DNA of 64,000 nt from a virus (IMGVR_UViG_2921473944_000001:15954-79953), one strand, 5' to 3'. Shown: positions 50,249 to 61,142, counted from the stretch's first letter. Notes: generated by a model not told the origin, from the letters alone. Translations and numbers: made by a program.

Positions 50249-50734
50249 CTAGTTTTCTTCGCGAATATAACTGTTTGTACATACACTATAGCAATTATCT
50301 TCAGCTACAATGACGTGATCTAACATACGAATTCCGACTAATACCCCTGTTTCTTCCATTCTTTTTGTCGTAGTGATATCATTGCTACTAGGTTCACTAT
50401 CTCCACTAGGGTGGTTATGAAGTAATATAATGTTAACAGCATTAGCCAGTAGCGCCTTCTGATAAACCTCTCTAGGCGATACCACCGATACATCAACACT
50501 TCCATGAGAGATTTCAATTACAGCAGTCAGCCTACAACGGGTATCTAAACATAACATATAAATATATTCCTCGCTCTCTTCATGGAGTTTTAGGTAACCC
50601 TTAGCGAAGCTTACCACATCAGAAGCGTAACGAAATTTGTTTTTCATCTCTGGATAGTTTGTACTTGATTCTTTAATTAGTACTGCCTTATTATCCTTTA
50701 ATTTAGTTTTGTACTTATTGACTCTCACGTTCAC
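50249..50734 (-). CDS. RadC-like JAB domain protein
   Basis: EE..Y.LCLD..PREVYQKAL..ILLHNHPSGDSEPSSND..LDHVIV. Confidence 0.9.
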   Translation of the reverse strand: MNVRVNKYKTKLKDNKAVLIKESSTNYPEMKNKFRYASDVVSFAKGYLKLHEESEEYIYMLCLDTRCRLTAVIEISHGSVDVSVVSPREVYQKALLANAVNIILLHNHPSGDSEPSSNDITTTKRMEETGVLVGIRMLDHVIVAEDNCYSVCTNSYIREEN

Positions 50735-50765
50735 ACCACCCTTTCGTGTATCATTAACCTTTCAA

Positions 50766-50990
50766 TTAAATGTCATTCTTTTCGCTTGTTTTCACTGCTT
50801 TCTGCTGAGGTCTCGATGACTTAATCTCAGCTCTTTTCCCTGTGTTAGCCCACTCACATGTTAACTTGCCACTAAGTCTTCCAGCGTATGTACATCTGTA
50901 TTTCAGACCGGTACGTTCATCTACATAAATATCACCTACAGCTCCCTCAATGTGTCCTCCCGGTGCACCATGTCCTTTAATTTCTGCCAT
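50766..50990 (-). CDS. Hypothetical protein with tail-fibre-like G.GAP..G.VGDIYVD..TG motif
   Basis: Motif by eye. Confidence 0.5.
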   Translation of the reverse strand: MAEIKGHGAPGGHIEGAVGDIYVDERTGLKYRCTYAGRLSGKLTCEWANTGKRAEIKSSRPQQKAVKTSEKNDI

Positions 50991-51106
50991 TATATTAATC
51001 TCCTTTAAACATAATTATTTTTTGATAGCCTCATCCCGTATAACTCTATTGCTACCTCTCATGTCAGTCCCCCACTAATATAACTAGACTGATTCCCCGT
51101 GCAGGA

Positions 51107-51379
51107 TTAATGAATGTAATCCCAGTCTTCTGCTAAAATATCGTTAATACTTGGTACCCACATAGCATGGCTACCATTTACCATCTTGATCTGAAGATAA
51201 GGTTCACATTTGAATAAGTCACCCTCCTTTAGCCCCCATGCTTTTGCTGTCTGCATATTGCACGGAATGCCGTCCGGATATCCTTTCTGATATACAACAA
51301 ACATGTTTTTACCATTCCATCCATGTCTGAATATTTTTTCACCTGATTTTACTTTTTCTAATGCCTGTCCAAAATTCAT
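51107..51379 (-). CDS. DUF2829 (Gp49-like) protein
   Basis: MNFGQALE..R.GWNGK.MFV..PYLQI..WVPS..DILAEDW. Confidence 0.85.
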   Translation of the reverse strand: MNFGQALEKVKSGEKIFRHGWNGKNMFVVYQKGYPDGIPCNMQTAKAWGLKEGDLFKCEPYLQIKMVNGSHAMWVPSINDILAEDWDYIH

Positions 51380-51383
51380 CTTC

Positions 51384-51923
51384 TTACTCCTCCGGATATT
51401 CTTCTTCAGCGTATTCTGCTGCAAATCTATCAATATTCTGAACTACTTTCATTGACTGCAAGTAGGCTGCTCTAAACGGAGTTCCATTAATTTCATCGTC
51501 ATATGGTCTAATGTCCATACTTACAGATGCAATGTCAATATCGTCGAGTAACGCTACAGTCTCTTCTGTGAGTTTTCTGTGTGAGTTGCCTGACTCAATA
51601 TACACCTGTGGTCCACGCTCATTAAATCTTACCTTAACTGGCAAATAAATAAATGGCAAGTCGTCCTTTTCCCTTGGCGCTTTAATCTTAACGTTCCAAC
51701 CTGCCCCAAGGCGATTGACATCATTTATAAGAATATCAGCCATCTCTTCTAGATCTACTTCTCTACGTCCAGTTCCATCGTCCACGATTCCCCCAGTTAC
51801 AAGAAGTGCAAAATTGCGCTCTCCCTCTTTGTTGAACTTACCACCTTCACCTTTGAAGTTCTTAAAAATAATTCTAGCATCGTTGATCTGTAATACGTTT
51901 TTTGGTGCAAATACTAATTCCAT
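51384..51923 (-). CDS. Phage single-stranded DNA-binding protein
   Basis: IIFKNF.G..N..G.RNF..YLQS; acidic aromatic tail EEEYPEE; near the polymerase. Confidence 0.7.
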   Translation of the reverse strand: MELVFAPKNVLQINDARIIFKNFKGEGGKFNKEGERNFALLVTGGIVDDGTGRREVDLEEMADILINDVNRLGAGWNVKIKAPREKDDLPFIYLPVKVRFNERGPQVYIESGNSHRKLTEETVALLDDIDIASVSMDIRPYDDEINGTPFRAAYLQSMKVVQNIDRFAAEYAEEEYPEE

Positions 51924-52099
51924 AATTTTAAATCTCCTGTTTATTTTTATTTGTTTTGGATTTTTTGTTTATAAGTTTCGCAAATATAAATCAATGACGT
52001 CCATAAGCATCACTCCTTTCACTGAGATTAGGTAAAAAGAAAAGAGCCTAAGTCGTTCGACCTAAACCCTTTCTCTCATAGATATAAGGTTGTTTACTT

Positions 52100-52300
52100 T
52101 TAATTGCGTTTAAACCATCTAAAACCTGGGTTCACACAGCGAACGCCCATCTGCACTCCTCCTATAGATGTGAGCAGTATCCCCAACAATAATTTTTTAT
52201 TGTCATCAGATAACTTTCCGCGATAAATCCCAACAGAGTCGTGTATCATGACCATTCCTGTCCCTCCGATTATAGCGTCTAAAATTTGCATTTTCGTCAT
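52100..52300 (-). CDS. Small membrane protein (own cassette)
   Basis: Promoter 52322, terminator 52034. Confidence 0.55.
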   Translation of the reverse strand: MTKMQILDAIIGGTGMVMIHDSVGIYRGKLSDDNKKLLLGILLTSIGGVQMGVRCVNPGFRWFKRN

Positions 52301-52350
52301 ATCTTTATCCTCCTTAATCTTTCTATAACAGTCCAAGAAAGATTCGCGAA

Positions 52351-52662
52351 CTAACATTTATGCGCTACAAAGCAAGCAATACGATGAATTCTCTCCTGCT
52401 CTGATTTTGGTAAATCATGAAATAAAGTAAATCCAGTAGCTCCGTTATAATCATCACGAAACTGAGCATAATATTGACTACTTTTCCATAATTCTGGATA
52501 ATCGTGCTTATACTGTACAAGCTCTTTAGATTTCTTATCATAAAGCCTGTCACTGATAACATTACTATCCAGTTCGTAGTAAATATAGGAATGTACTAAT
52601 ATAAATCTTTGAAGGAAGTCTATATATTCCTGTGTTGTTAAATTGTCGGGTTTCATAAACAT
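52351..52662 (-). CDS. Stand-alone NAD-ligase subdomain Ia-like protein
   Basis: HSYIYYELD..ISD..YD...EL pattern; no adenylation KxDG. Confidence 0.6.
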   Translation of the reverse strand: MFMKPDNLTTQEYIDFLQRFILVHSYIYYELDSNVISDRLYDKKSKELVQYKHDYPELWKSSQYYAQFRDDYNGATGFTLFHDLPKSEQERIHRIACFVAHKC

Positions 52663-52673
52663 ACCTCTATCAA

Positions 52674-55600
52674 TTAATAAAACGGTAATTCATCTACATC
52701 TTCGTCAAATGGCACTTCTTCTGGAGACCCTTCTGGAATATTCATAAACGCTGGCTCTTTTTTCTTCGGAACATATGGGTCATCAGACACGAACCACTCG
52801 AAGTCAACGTACTTATTAATGGTATCAACAGCATCGTCTACTAACTTAGTAAAATATGATACGTCGATAGATTCTTCGTTAACACCTCTGATAGTTTCGG
52901 ATTCAAGCCAGCGGTACCCAGTTGTTCCAGATGCAGCCGCTCGTTTACCCTCATCGACACGATACATTTCACCGCCGCCGTGTCCTGGTTTAATTGGACA
53001 GAAATGACCGACACGTCCTATAAACTGATAACTATGACCTTCTTCAATCTTTTTGTTCAATTCCGAAGCCATAGATTCGTACATTACATCGGATATTTTA
53101 CCCCGTTTGTATTTTGACTTTAGCTTATCAAGATCATGCTCGTATCCTTTCACATCTGGTAACGATTCGTTCATATCCAAATATAATGCACCCTTTGACG
53201 CTGAGAATGTATCACACAAATCATCGAATACGATCGGCTCATGGCTGAATAATGTCTTAAATACATATGGCACTGCAAATTGGTCTCCAGTAGCCGTCCA
53301 CTCTCCGTCTGTTGTTTTAGCAATATAAACGGCTTTATTAACTAAACAGAACTTCTCAAACTCCGCCTCAGTCTCAAATGAATATCCGTACTCTTTACCG
53401 AAATCAAGAACAAACTGCTGGATTTCAGGTGTAGCATCTGGTATCTTTATTGAGTCTGTTTTAATATGAGCAACTGTGAATCCACGTTTCTGTACCTCGC
53501 GCTTAAGCAATGTCATAAATAACGCACCACGCTTAGCCACAATATTATCGACATTACGATCATCTCTGAAGGCACACTTATATGATGCTTTAGTCTGTCC
53601 ATAGACCGAATTAACTACTGTCTTCAAAGCATTAGCAAGCATCTTCGTTGTAAGTTCGCCATCAATAACCTTCTGAATATAAGGTTTGAGTTTACCGTCG
53701 AATAATCTATCAATAACGTTCCATGCCTCATGTTTAATAGATACACGTCCGTCAACAATATCTTTAAAGGCTTTCGTGTACTCAGGTCCAAATAGAACCT
53801 CCGCAATAATACTTGATGGATGCTGTCCGGTTACATCACCATCCCATACAGCACCATAGAATCCGGGTTCTGAATATACGCGTCCGCCCTCACCGATTTC
53901 TTCTCCTAAATATGTAGACTTTCCATTCTTATACTCGTATCCAGGGAAGAACGGCAATATACTCCATCCATCTGGTAATACTTCGTATGGAACATAATCA
54001 CGATACTGTGGCATACCATCTGCATCGAATACACGAAAACGATAATCATGACCGAACTTCTCAAGATACTCTTCGTACTGATCACTACCAACCGGAAGTG
54101 CAAGATTACGATAATTGAATTGAGTCTGAGGATTACGATCATTACCAAATATAATTCTCTGAGACAAACTGTTGGTCGAATCGTTAACTGTCATACCAGT
54201 AATATCAGCGAGGATTTCTCTAGCAATCCAATCGCCCTTTAAATAACAGAACGACGCTTCCGCTGCAACGACATCGTTTCCACAATAATCAGCTACTAAC
54301 CCCCATTTTTCTTTTGGTACAGGCTCATCCCACGGCAGCCCCAACTCCTGATGATGTGTTCCAGCTTTGATTACTGCGATTTCATCATCTGAGAATCCCT
54401 TTTTTCTAAGTTTAGTCTCAGACTGTTGGCTCATTTCGATTTCCAATTTCTTAAGACTCTTCTTATTACCAGCTGATGCGAAATCATAAATATCAGTGAA
54501 CGATAGATTATAAGCTTCACCAAATTTAGCTTTTCGACTGATCTGCTTGTCTTTATTAACAAGTCTTTGTGATAAGTCATATAACTGGGAGACCGTATAG
54601 CCCATAAGACATGCATAAATCATATGATTATCGTATTGTCTATTGTTGAACCCAACAAGTTTGAACTTAATAAGTTCTTCAATATCTGATGGTGTAGGAT
54701 TAATCAATCTTACGACCGGCTTACCTAATCCCTGAAACTTATAGCACACAAGAAATAGATTCGGAAATACCTCAATGTCGTAAAATACCAAATCTTCGTT
54801 GTTACTATCATTAGATACTTCACTAGCATTCTCGGATTTAAAATGCATAGCCGCTACTAACTTAAGACATGTATCTGGCTGATTACTGCTATCTAACGCC
54901 AAAGCGTAAATAGCGTTCTTCATATCAGATACGTCGTATCCCATACCGCTCTCGTATGCTTCCTCTAGTGTCTTATAAATCATGTCAATACTTGGTTTCG
55001 TATTGCACATAATCTCTTTATTAATATGTCGTTTAAGAATAGCCCTCAGATGCTGCTCATTCTTAATACAGTCAAAGTTTCGCACTTTTTTTACTCCTTT
55101 CAATGGCAACCCACTACTAATAGTTGCTACTGGAAGGTCATTACATTTCGATAGTCTCCTTCTTAATGAACTATTACCAGTGAACACCTTTACTTCAACA
55201 TCATCTGTATAGATTCTGCTGAGTTTGGTTACATCATCTCCTGCGTAAATATAATGAAGATGAATACCATTACCACCCTTACTTATTTCAGCATACGTTG
55301 GAGGCCATTTTGATGCTTCTTGTAGATTCCTTTCAAAGCATTTATTGCCATTCTCATCTTTAATATCGAAATCAATTACAATATGATTCTCCGGAACACG
55401 TACATAATGGACTTTAGATGTGTCAAGATCTGATAACTTAGTAGTTACATTCTCCCATTTCTGTAATGGTTTCTCAGAGTCTTCTGTAGTTGCATACTGA
55501 GCTGTACAATCTGAACACATAGAATCAAAAAGAGAAGCATGCTCTTTGAAATCAATCAAATAAACCTGCTCCTCTTCTTTTTCCTTAGGTTTCCTACCCA

Positions 55601-56909
55601 TATCAGCATCAAATATGCTCGTTCGGAATCCACTATAATAATTAATCAACTTTGTACCATCTTCCTGATCGATATGATCTTCGTAATCCCAGAAATAGTT
55701 CTTTAATTCTTCTTTAAATATACGCTTAGAAAATGGCGTGAATACCTTAGCCTCCTCTACATACTGCTTATACATTTCCCATGCTGCTTTTAATGTAGTT
55801 CCATCCTGCTTCTTAAACACGCTATATGAGTCGCACACAAAGTTATAGAAATCGTTAGACGCTGACAACATATTCTTAGGAATATAATCGTCGTAATATT
55901 CCGTATCGTCTTTGTAGACCTGTAAACAATGATATGCGATTGCTCCAAGTTCAAACGGTATCTGCTTAATAAGTCTACGATACTCCCTAACGCCAAGTTT
56001 TCGTCCAGATGGGGTTACATCAATCAAACGTCTTAACAAACCTGATTTACCGTCTGTGATTTTGACTGGTCTATTCGTACCAACAAATAAGAAACATTTA
56101 AAATGTGTCTCATAAATACCTTTAAACTTTTCGTTAATAGGCATCGTTTCGTGAGATACAAGTGAGTTCAGTCTAGTATTATCTTCGATACGTGATAAAT
56201 CACCATCATGCTGAATTGCAACCAACGGTGATGATTTAAAAGGTTCCAAAGCAAATGAATTATTAGCCTGCCCTAAAGCCTTAGCGTCAAACGAACAGTA
56301 ATACCCATCGAATAATTGTTGTATCACATTTAATATAGTAGATTTACCGGTTCCGGCAGCACCGTATAGAACCATGAACTTCTGAATATAACGGGAGTCA
56401 CCGGATACGATTGCTCCGATGACCCATTCTATTTTATGACGCTCTTCTTCATCGTAAAGCGTACCAATAACTTTATTCCAAGCGTCAATACTGCCCTCAA
56501 CTAACGGATAGTCAAGCTTCTTACTTGCATAAGATTCTCTTGTCAGTTCACTATTCGCAAATATGAGCTCTTCGTCAAGTTCATGATAGTTATCACGCAT
56601 CTGCTTTTGACAGTACTTATGGAACTTATCGATCATTCCACTGTCAGCATCCCACATGTGCTTAATAACTGGTTTACCTAAAATATGATCATTGTGGTCT
56701 TCAACCCATCGTTCCATTTCCTGATCGACAAGTCTTGTTACATCATCTTCGTCTGTAGACCACAATTTTTGTTCATCGTCCCATATAGCATAGAAATCTC
56801 TACCTCTAATCATGAGATCTTTGGATTTCTTCATAATGAATTTAGGGAAGACTTCGGTGCACATTTCTTTTTCCTTCACTTTAGTAGCAATAGTCATAAA
56901 GTCTAGCAT
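52674..56909 (-). CDS. Replicative fusion: SF3/D5-like helicase + AEP primase + 3'-5' exonuclease/family B DNA polymerase
   Basis: GAAGTGKST; VIDFDI..SKGGNGIHLHY; YDIE, GFNNRQYD, YCGND; DVTGQHPS, KTVVNSVYG, KTDS. Confidence 0.88.
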   Translation of the reverse strand: MLDFMTIATKVKEKEMCTEVFPKFIMKKSKDLMIRGRDFYAIWDDEQKLWSTDEDDVTRLVDQEMERWVEDHNDHILGKPVIKHMWDADSGMIDKFHKYCQKQMRDNYHELDEELIFANSELTRESYASKKLDYPLVEGSIDAWNKVIGTLYDEEERHKIEWVIGAIVSGDSRYIQKFMVLYGAAGTGKSTILNVIQQLFDGYYCSFDAKALGQANNSFALEPFKSSPLVAIQHDGDLSRIEDNTRLNSLVSHETMPINEKFKGIYETHFKCFLFVGTNRPVKITDGKSGLLRRLIDVTPSGRKLGVREYRRLIKQIPFELGAIAYHCLQVYKDDTEYYDDYIPKNMLSASNDFYNFVCDSYSVFKKQDGTTLKAAWEMYKQYVEEAKVFTPFSKRIFKEELKNYFWDYEDHIDQEDGTKLINYYSGFRTSIFDADMGRKPKEKEEEQVYLIDFKEHASLFDSMCSDCTAQYATTEDSEKPLQKWENVTTKLSDLDTSKVHYVRVPENHIVIDFDIKDENGNKCFERNLQEASKWPPTYAEISKGGNGIHLHYIYAGDDVTKLSRIYTDDVEVKVFTGNSSLRRRLSKCNDLPVATISSGLPLKGVKKVRNFDCIKNEQHLRAILKRHINKEIMCNTKPSIDMIYKTLEEAYESGMGYDVSDMKNAIYALALDSSNQPDTCLKLVAAMHFKSENASEVSNDSNNEDLVFYDIEVFPNLFLVCYKFQGLGKPVVRLINPTPSDIEELIKFKLVGFNNRQYDNHMIYACLMGYTVSQLYDLSQRLVNKDKQISRKAKFGEAYNLSFTDIYDFASAGNKKSLKKLEIEMSQQSETKLRKKGFSDDEIAVIKAGTHHQELGLPWDEPVPKEKWGLVADYCGNDVVAAEASFCYLKGDWIAREILADITGMTVNDSTNSLSQRIIFGNDRNPQTQFNYRNLALPVGSDQYEEYLEKFGHDYRFRVFDADGMPQYRDYVPYEVLPDGWSILPFFPGYEYKNGKSTYLGEEIGEGGRVYSEPGFYGAVWDGDVTGQHPSSIIAEVLFGPEYTKAFKDIVDGRVSIKHEAWNVIDRLFDGKLKPYIQKVIDGELTTKMLANALKTVVNSVYGQTKASYKCAFRDDRNVDNIVAKRGALFMTLLKREVQKRGFTVAHIKTDSIKIPDATPEIQQFVLDFGKEYGYSFETEAEFEKFCLVNKAVYIAKTTDGEWTATGDQFAVPYVFKTLFSHEPIVFDDLCDTFSASKGALYLDMNESLPDVKGYEHDLDKLKSKYKRGKISDVMYESMASELNKKIEEGHSYQFIGRVGHFCPIKPGHGGGEMYRVDEGKRAAASGTTGYRWLESETIRGVNEESIDVSYFTKLVDDAVDTINKYVDFEWFVSDDPYVPKKKEPAFMNIPEGSPEEVPFDEDVDELPFY

Positions 56910-56963
56910 TTTAAGCCCTCCCTTCTTGATTTATAGTTTCATCTAGCATTATTAAATTTTCCT

Positions 56964-57494
56964 TTACATTATACGATTCAGATACCATAGCATCTGAGTC
57001 CACGTACTTACATCTCGTAAATCCTCCTCTGCATGTGGAACAACAAATAATCCACCATGACCGTCGTGTGTATAACGTCTATCTAAGAAACGTTCTACAA
57101 TACGCTCTGCTTCTTCTTCGTCGAAATTATTATCAGTCATCCCACCGAGTCCTAAGTTTGTTATCATACGCCAGAACCATTGAACAGTACGATCACCTAC
57201 AGCTGGGTCTGACATAATATCCTCACAACGATATGCTAAACCTAATATCATTTCGAGAACACTACACGGACCATCAAGTTCGTCGCCTATATCAACATGA
57301 TTCTCATAAGCGAAAGTCCATCGCAAACCTTCTTCGCCGTCTTCAGTACGGTTTTCATCATCAGGTAGTTTCCAACGATACTCAACAGAATGTAGAAAAT
57401 GCAATAACTTACGATATGAATTTTCCTCCGCAAATCTGTTATAACAAACCATGCTGTACATCCAATCGAAATATTCTTCTCTTAAATTACTCAT
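56964..57494 (-). CDS. Conserved hypothetical protein upstream of the polymerase
   Basis: EEYFDW..DENR.EDG..LR..CSVLEM..GGLF. Confidence 0.65.
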   Translation of the reverse strand: MSNLREEYFDWMYSMVCYNRFAEENSYRKLLHFLHSVEYRWKLPDDENRTEDGEEGLRWTFAYENHVDIGDELDGPCSVLEMILGLAYRCEDIMSDPAVGDRTVQWFWRMITNLGLGGMTDNNFDEEEAERIVERFLDRRYTHDGHGGLFVVPHAEEDLRDVSTWTQMLWYLNRIM

Positions 57495-58068
57495 CCTGCT
57501 CCTCTAAATAATCGGAGAAACCGCGATACTCTTTAAGAATTTCATAATCGATCTTCTGTACGTCATTTCTTACATATACAGCATCTGGATCATTCTCGTC
57601 GTCTCCGAAGTGTGCCATGAAGTCATCTCCGATGCAATCCTCTACGTTGCCGATAATCTTCTTGTTGTCATTAGTTACCGTTCCGTCTGTCCAATACCAC
57701 AATGTGACAGTGATGTTATCTGTAGCACCAAATTCGTGCCCAGGAATAATATGGATATTCTCATTTTCATCTTCATCTTCATCTGTGTCTTCTCCAGTAT
57801 TGTCAGTCACTGCTGTTTTCTTTACATGCTCTTCTGACTCTGTAGCATAATCATTTTTCTTGATTACTTCATTAACAGCTTTAAGATCTTCATCCAGTTT
57901 AGAAGCTTCATCCATTTCTTTTTTTTTAGCGTAGACTTCCTTCACCGACTCAATCTCCTGCTTAGAGACCTCCTCATAGTGTTTCTTTACAATAAATATA
58001 GATGTTACTGCACCTACACCCGCACCGATCACAAAAGTTAATATGCTATTAATCATCGATTTGTTCAT
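57487..58068 (-). CDS. Membrane-anchored acidic protein
   Basis: N-terminal FVIGAGVGAV TM segment; AVYVRND..IDYEI. Confidence 0.65.
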   Translation of the reverse strand: MNKSMINSILTFVIGAGVGAVTSIFIVKKHYEEVSKQEIESVKEVYAKKKEMDEASKLDEDLKAVNEVIKKNDYATESEEHVKKTAVTDNTGEDTDEDEDENENIHIIPGHEFGATDNITVTLWYWTDGTVTNDNKKIIGNVEDCIGDDFMAHFGDDENDPDAVYVRNDVQKIDYEILKEYRGFSDYLEEQDE

Positions 58069-58345
58069 TATTCATTCTCCTCTTCTATTTCATCGACTCT
58101 GATAGTCATTACAGTTATCGCCAACCCACCGAAAAATACGGACATAGAAATAAGTATTCCACCAGCGATATGACGATTCTTTTTATTCTTTAATATACGA
58201 CCTAAAACCGCAAAGTTTTTCTCCAATCTTTCCATACATACGCCACCCTTTCCGTATGAGTCTAAGATTCAAGTACAACAATACCCCCTACAAAACATAC
58301 TCCTGCTAAAGTAACAAATAACACTGATAATCCTCGTATCATATG

Positions 58346-58570
58346 TCACTCCTCCTTTTCTGGCATAGCATTCTTGAAAATATAAGTTATTTCACCAAGT
58401 GTAATGCCTTTGATCTGTCCTAATCGAAACCAAGTGTCCACTGTAGCAATACCAACTCCAAGTCTTTCTGCAGTTTGATCCATTGTTTCAAATAAGGTAT
58501 ATAATTCTGTTATCGACTTATCCTCAAAATTATTTTCAAGAATAAGTATAATAAGCTCTCGTCCGGTCAT
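58346..58570 (-). CDS. HTH_17 DNA-binding protein
   Basis: TMDQTAERLGVGIATVDTWFRLGQI. Confidence 0.7.
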   Translation of the reverse strand: MTGRELIILILENNFEDKSITELYTLFETMDQTAERLGVGIATVDTWFRLGQIKGITLGEITYIFKNAMPEKEE

Positions 58571-58682
58571 GTCTGTAACTCCTTTCTAAAAAACCTCAGC
58601 CGATGCTGTCAACACCGAACTGAGGGAAATCAAACATGTCACGATATGCATTTCCTGAATAATATGTATCCAAACCTACCAT

Positions 58683-59606
58683 TCACATAGCGTTAAGAAC
58701 GTTACCATCTACATTGAAATCAAGTAAAATACTTCTTTCAATACCGTTTACAAATCTACGGTTAGCTTCATTGTGAATATTGTAAATACCGAAATCGATT
58801 TTACTTACAACATCCTTATCGTAAACCCAGCCAATGGTCTGACCGTATGATGTTTTGTCAATGCCAAGCATCTCGTATACGTCATTTAAGAAGAGGTAGC
58901 CCTGTTCCTCAAGACGATCGTTAGCGAATCTCTGCTGCTGTTTTAAGAACATAAGATTGAATTCCGGATTTTTTGTCCATCCACGACAAGTCTCGTCAAA
59001 GAACTTAGCGTAATCACTATAGCTATCAACATCGCATACATCCACGTTCTTTTTAACTTTCTTTTCTTTACCTGTCTTTTCGTCAACAACGGTTTCTTCT
59101 ACTTCCTGCTTATGGATGTTGTATCTAAGCTCACGGTCAAGCTCGTGACCGAAACGTTCAACAACTCTTCCACGATAATCATTGAAATTCTTATTCACTA
59201 CTTCATAAGCTGCAGCAATTGCTACGTTACGTTTCTTGAGAATATTGTGTCCAGCAAGAATAGCTGTGATTGATAATGTTCCAAGTGCTATGGCTGGAGC
59301 ATACAGTTTAAGAAGAGCAAGTCCTTTCTGTGTATACATGATAGTCAAATTTTTCTGATAATCTTTCTCTGTATACTTCTCGGAATATCCGTTTTCTTCA
59401 ACATACTTTTTCGTCTTTGCAATATGTTCTGTGTTCTCTGCTAACACCTCATCAATTTTAGTTGTAGCTTTACATGCCATAACTGTAGTAGCAATTGTTC
59501 CGCCAACTCCTGCAACTACAAGAATCTCTGGAGCATGTTTTTTCATTTTGAAGGCAAGACCGTTAAGAGATCTGCTCAAATTTGCTGGTAATTTAATGTT
59601 TTTCAT
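58683..59606 (-). CDS. DUF6353-like membrane-anchored protein
   Basis: KHAPEILVVAGVGG..ACKAT..YAPA..YLFLNDVYEMLG..GW..IDFG. Confidence 0.75.
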   Translation of the reverse strand: MKNIKLPANLSRSLNGLAFKMKKHAPEILVVAGVGGTIATTVMACKATTKIDEVLAENTEHIAKTKKYVEENGYSEKYTEKDYQKNLTIMYTQKGLALLKLYAPAIALGTLSITAILAGHNILKKRNVAIAAAYEVVNKNFNDYRGRVVERFGHELDRELRYNIHKQEVEETVVDEKTGKEKKVKKNVDVCDVDSYSDYAKFFDETCRGWTKNPEFNLMFLKQQQRFANDRLEEQGYLFLNDVYEMLGIDKTSYGQTIGWVYDKDVVSKIDFGIYNIHNEANRRFVNGIERSILLDFNVDGNVLNAM

Positions 59607-59622
59607 ATTTTTGCATCCTTTC

Positions 59623-59922
59623 TCAAATAAATTCTTTTACTTTATGTCCAGCTGCTTTTACGAACTGCACGACTGGAACTTCTAATTCTTCTAAATCAGA
59701 TAACATTATGTATCCCCATTCCCATTCGAAAATATTGCAGTATCCATATAGCAGCCAATCTCCGTTTTCCTGCTCTTCACCCTCAGTAATAATCCATGTT
59801 CCAGGACCTTCTAAGTTAAAGAACATAGCTACGATTTCTGCGTTTATACCTTTCCCATCTTGTGAATCTAATGGGAACTTCTTAAAACGGTTTCGCAGCT
59901 CGTAAGTCATAAGTTTACTCAT
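59623..59922 (-). CDS. DUF2958-like protein
   Basis: FFN..G.GTW.ITE..LYGYC..EWEWGY..LSDLE. Confidence 0.7.
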   Translation of the reverse strand: MSKLMTYELRNRFKKFPLDSQDGKGINAEIVAMFFNLEGPGTWIITEGEEQENGDWLLYGYCNIFEWEWGYIMLSDLEELEVPVVQFVKAAGHKVKEFI

Positions 59923-59942
59923 AATGCTACCTCCATTTTGAA

Positions 59943-61142
59943 TTAATCAATTGGCATAGCTTTCGGTAACCGGATATAGAAACCGTCTCTACCTCTGATT
60001 ACCTCTGCTGTTCTTAGATTAAACCAACCGTATTTACGAGCTGTAAACGGTGCTTGTAATCCTGCCAGGTCATACATGTCTGCTACTGTTACAAGACCAA
60101 ATCCACGATCCCCATCCACAAGGTCTCGCATCTGATCAAGTACAAGTTCTGCATCACCACGAGAATCGAACGAAATATCGTCGTAATCAAATCGTCCAGC
60201 CATGTTTGCAGTCTTACGCGGTCTGTCGTTTCGATCATCATAATAACTACGATACGGAGTTCTTCCATCGCTGCGACGCTTACCACCTTTTTCACCAAAT
60301 AAGATCATGTCAACGACATCTACTACTGCTTTCTTAAACGTAGGAATAAGCACATCCATAAGCACATAATTACCAACATTAGAAGCGTCATCTGAAACGA
60401 TAAGCCCAGCAAATTTACGAACCTCATTCGGTTTGGTTTTGGCTGTACCAGTAATGATTTTATCTACCTTTTTCACTTCTTGTTTGCTTTCTGATGCGTT
60501 TGTTTTCATTTTATATTCCGCCATTTATCTTCTCCTTAACTAATCATTTTGATTTCTCCCGGTAATGTCACCCTAGATCCCGGAAGTCTATTGTTCTGTT
60601 TCTTAAATTGATATGAGAGGTTACTCTTAGCTTTCTTAGCTGTTGGAGCTATAGTTTCTCCACGCCATTTTGAAGCCACCACTGTATCAAACAATAATAC
60701 TGGCCCTTCGTAAAAATACTTGTGCATCGATTCACCTCCCTTCAAAAGAAAAAAGAGAAGCCTGAGTATTTCTACCCAGGTCTCCTCCTGTGAACTTAAT
60801 TATTTAGTTTTCTGATTCTTTATCAATGACTTCCACGTCCTCTTCTGGAACGTCAATGACCTCAGATTCTTCCTCCGGAACATCGATGAAACCGATATGA
60901 AAACGTCTTTTCTTTTTCTTCGGCTTCTCTTCTTTGGCCACCTGCTCATCTTTGTGTTTCTTAATCTTGTTGGATACTGCTTTATACGCAGTTACACCAC
61001 CTAAAACTAAAACCCCACTGATAATGACTCCAAGTCCGAGACCGGATCTCTTTTCATCGTTTTCTACCGTCTCATCGAAAGTTTCCATTGGTTCAAGTTC
61101 TGTCACTTCCATGTCCATCTCTTCGTTTCTTGTTTCTTCCAT
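59943..61142 (-). other. Three hypothetical proteins (59943..60524, 60536..60745, 60804..61142)
   Basis: Packed ORFs; the last has a TM segment and its own promoter (61179) and terminator (60744). Confidence 0.6.

Noticed and set aside
24709-52357. N-terminal extensions such as FLGCYRKIK on ORFs 24515..24802, 33466..33765, 33806..34069, 52100..52357, 62061..62303
   Set aside because: The shared peptide is the promoter motif read in frame; real starts lie downstream behind SD sequences
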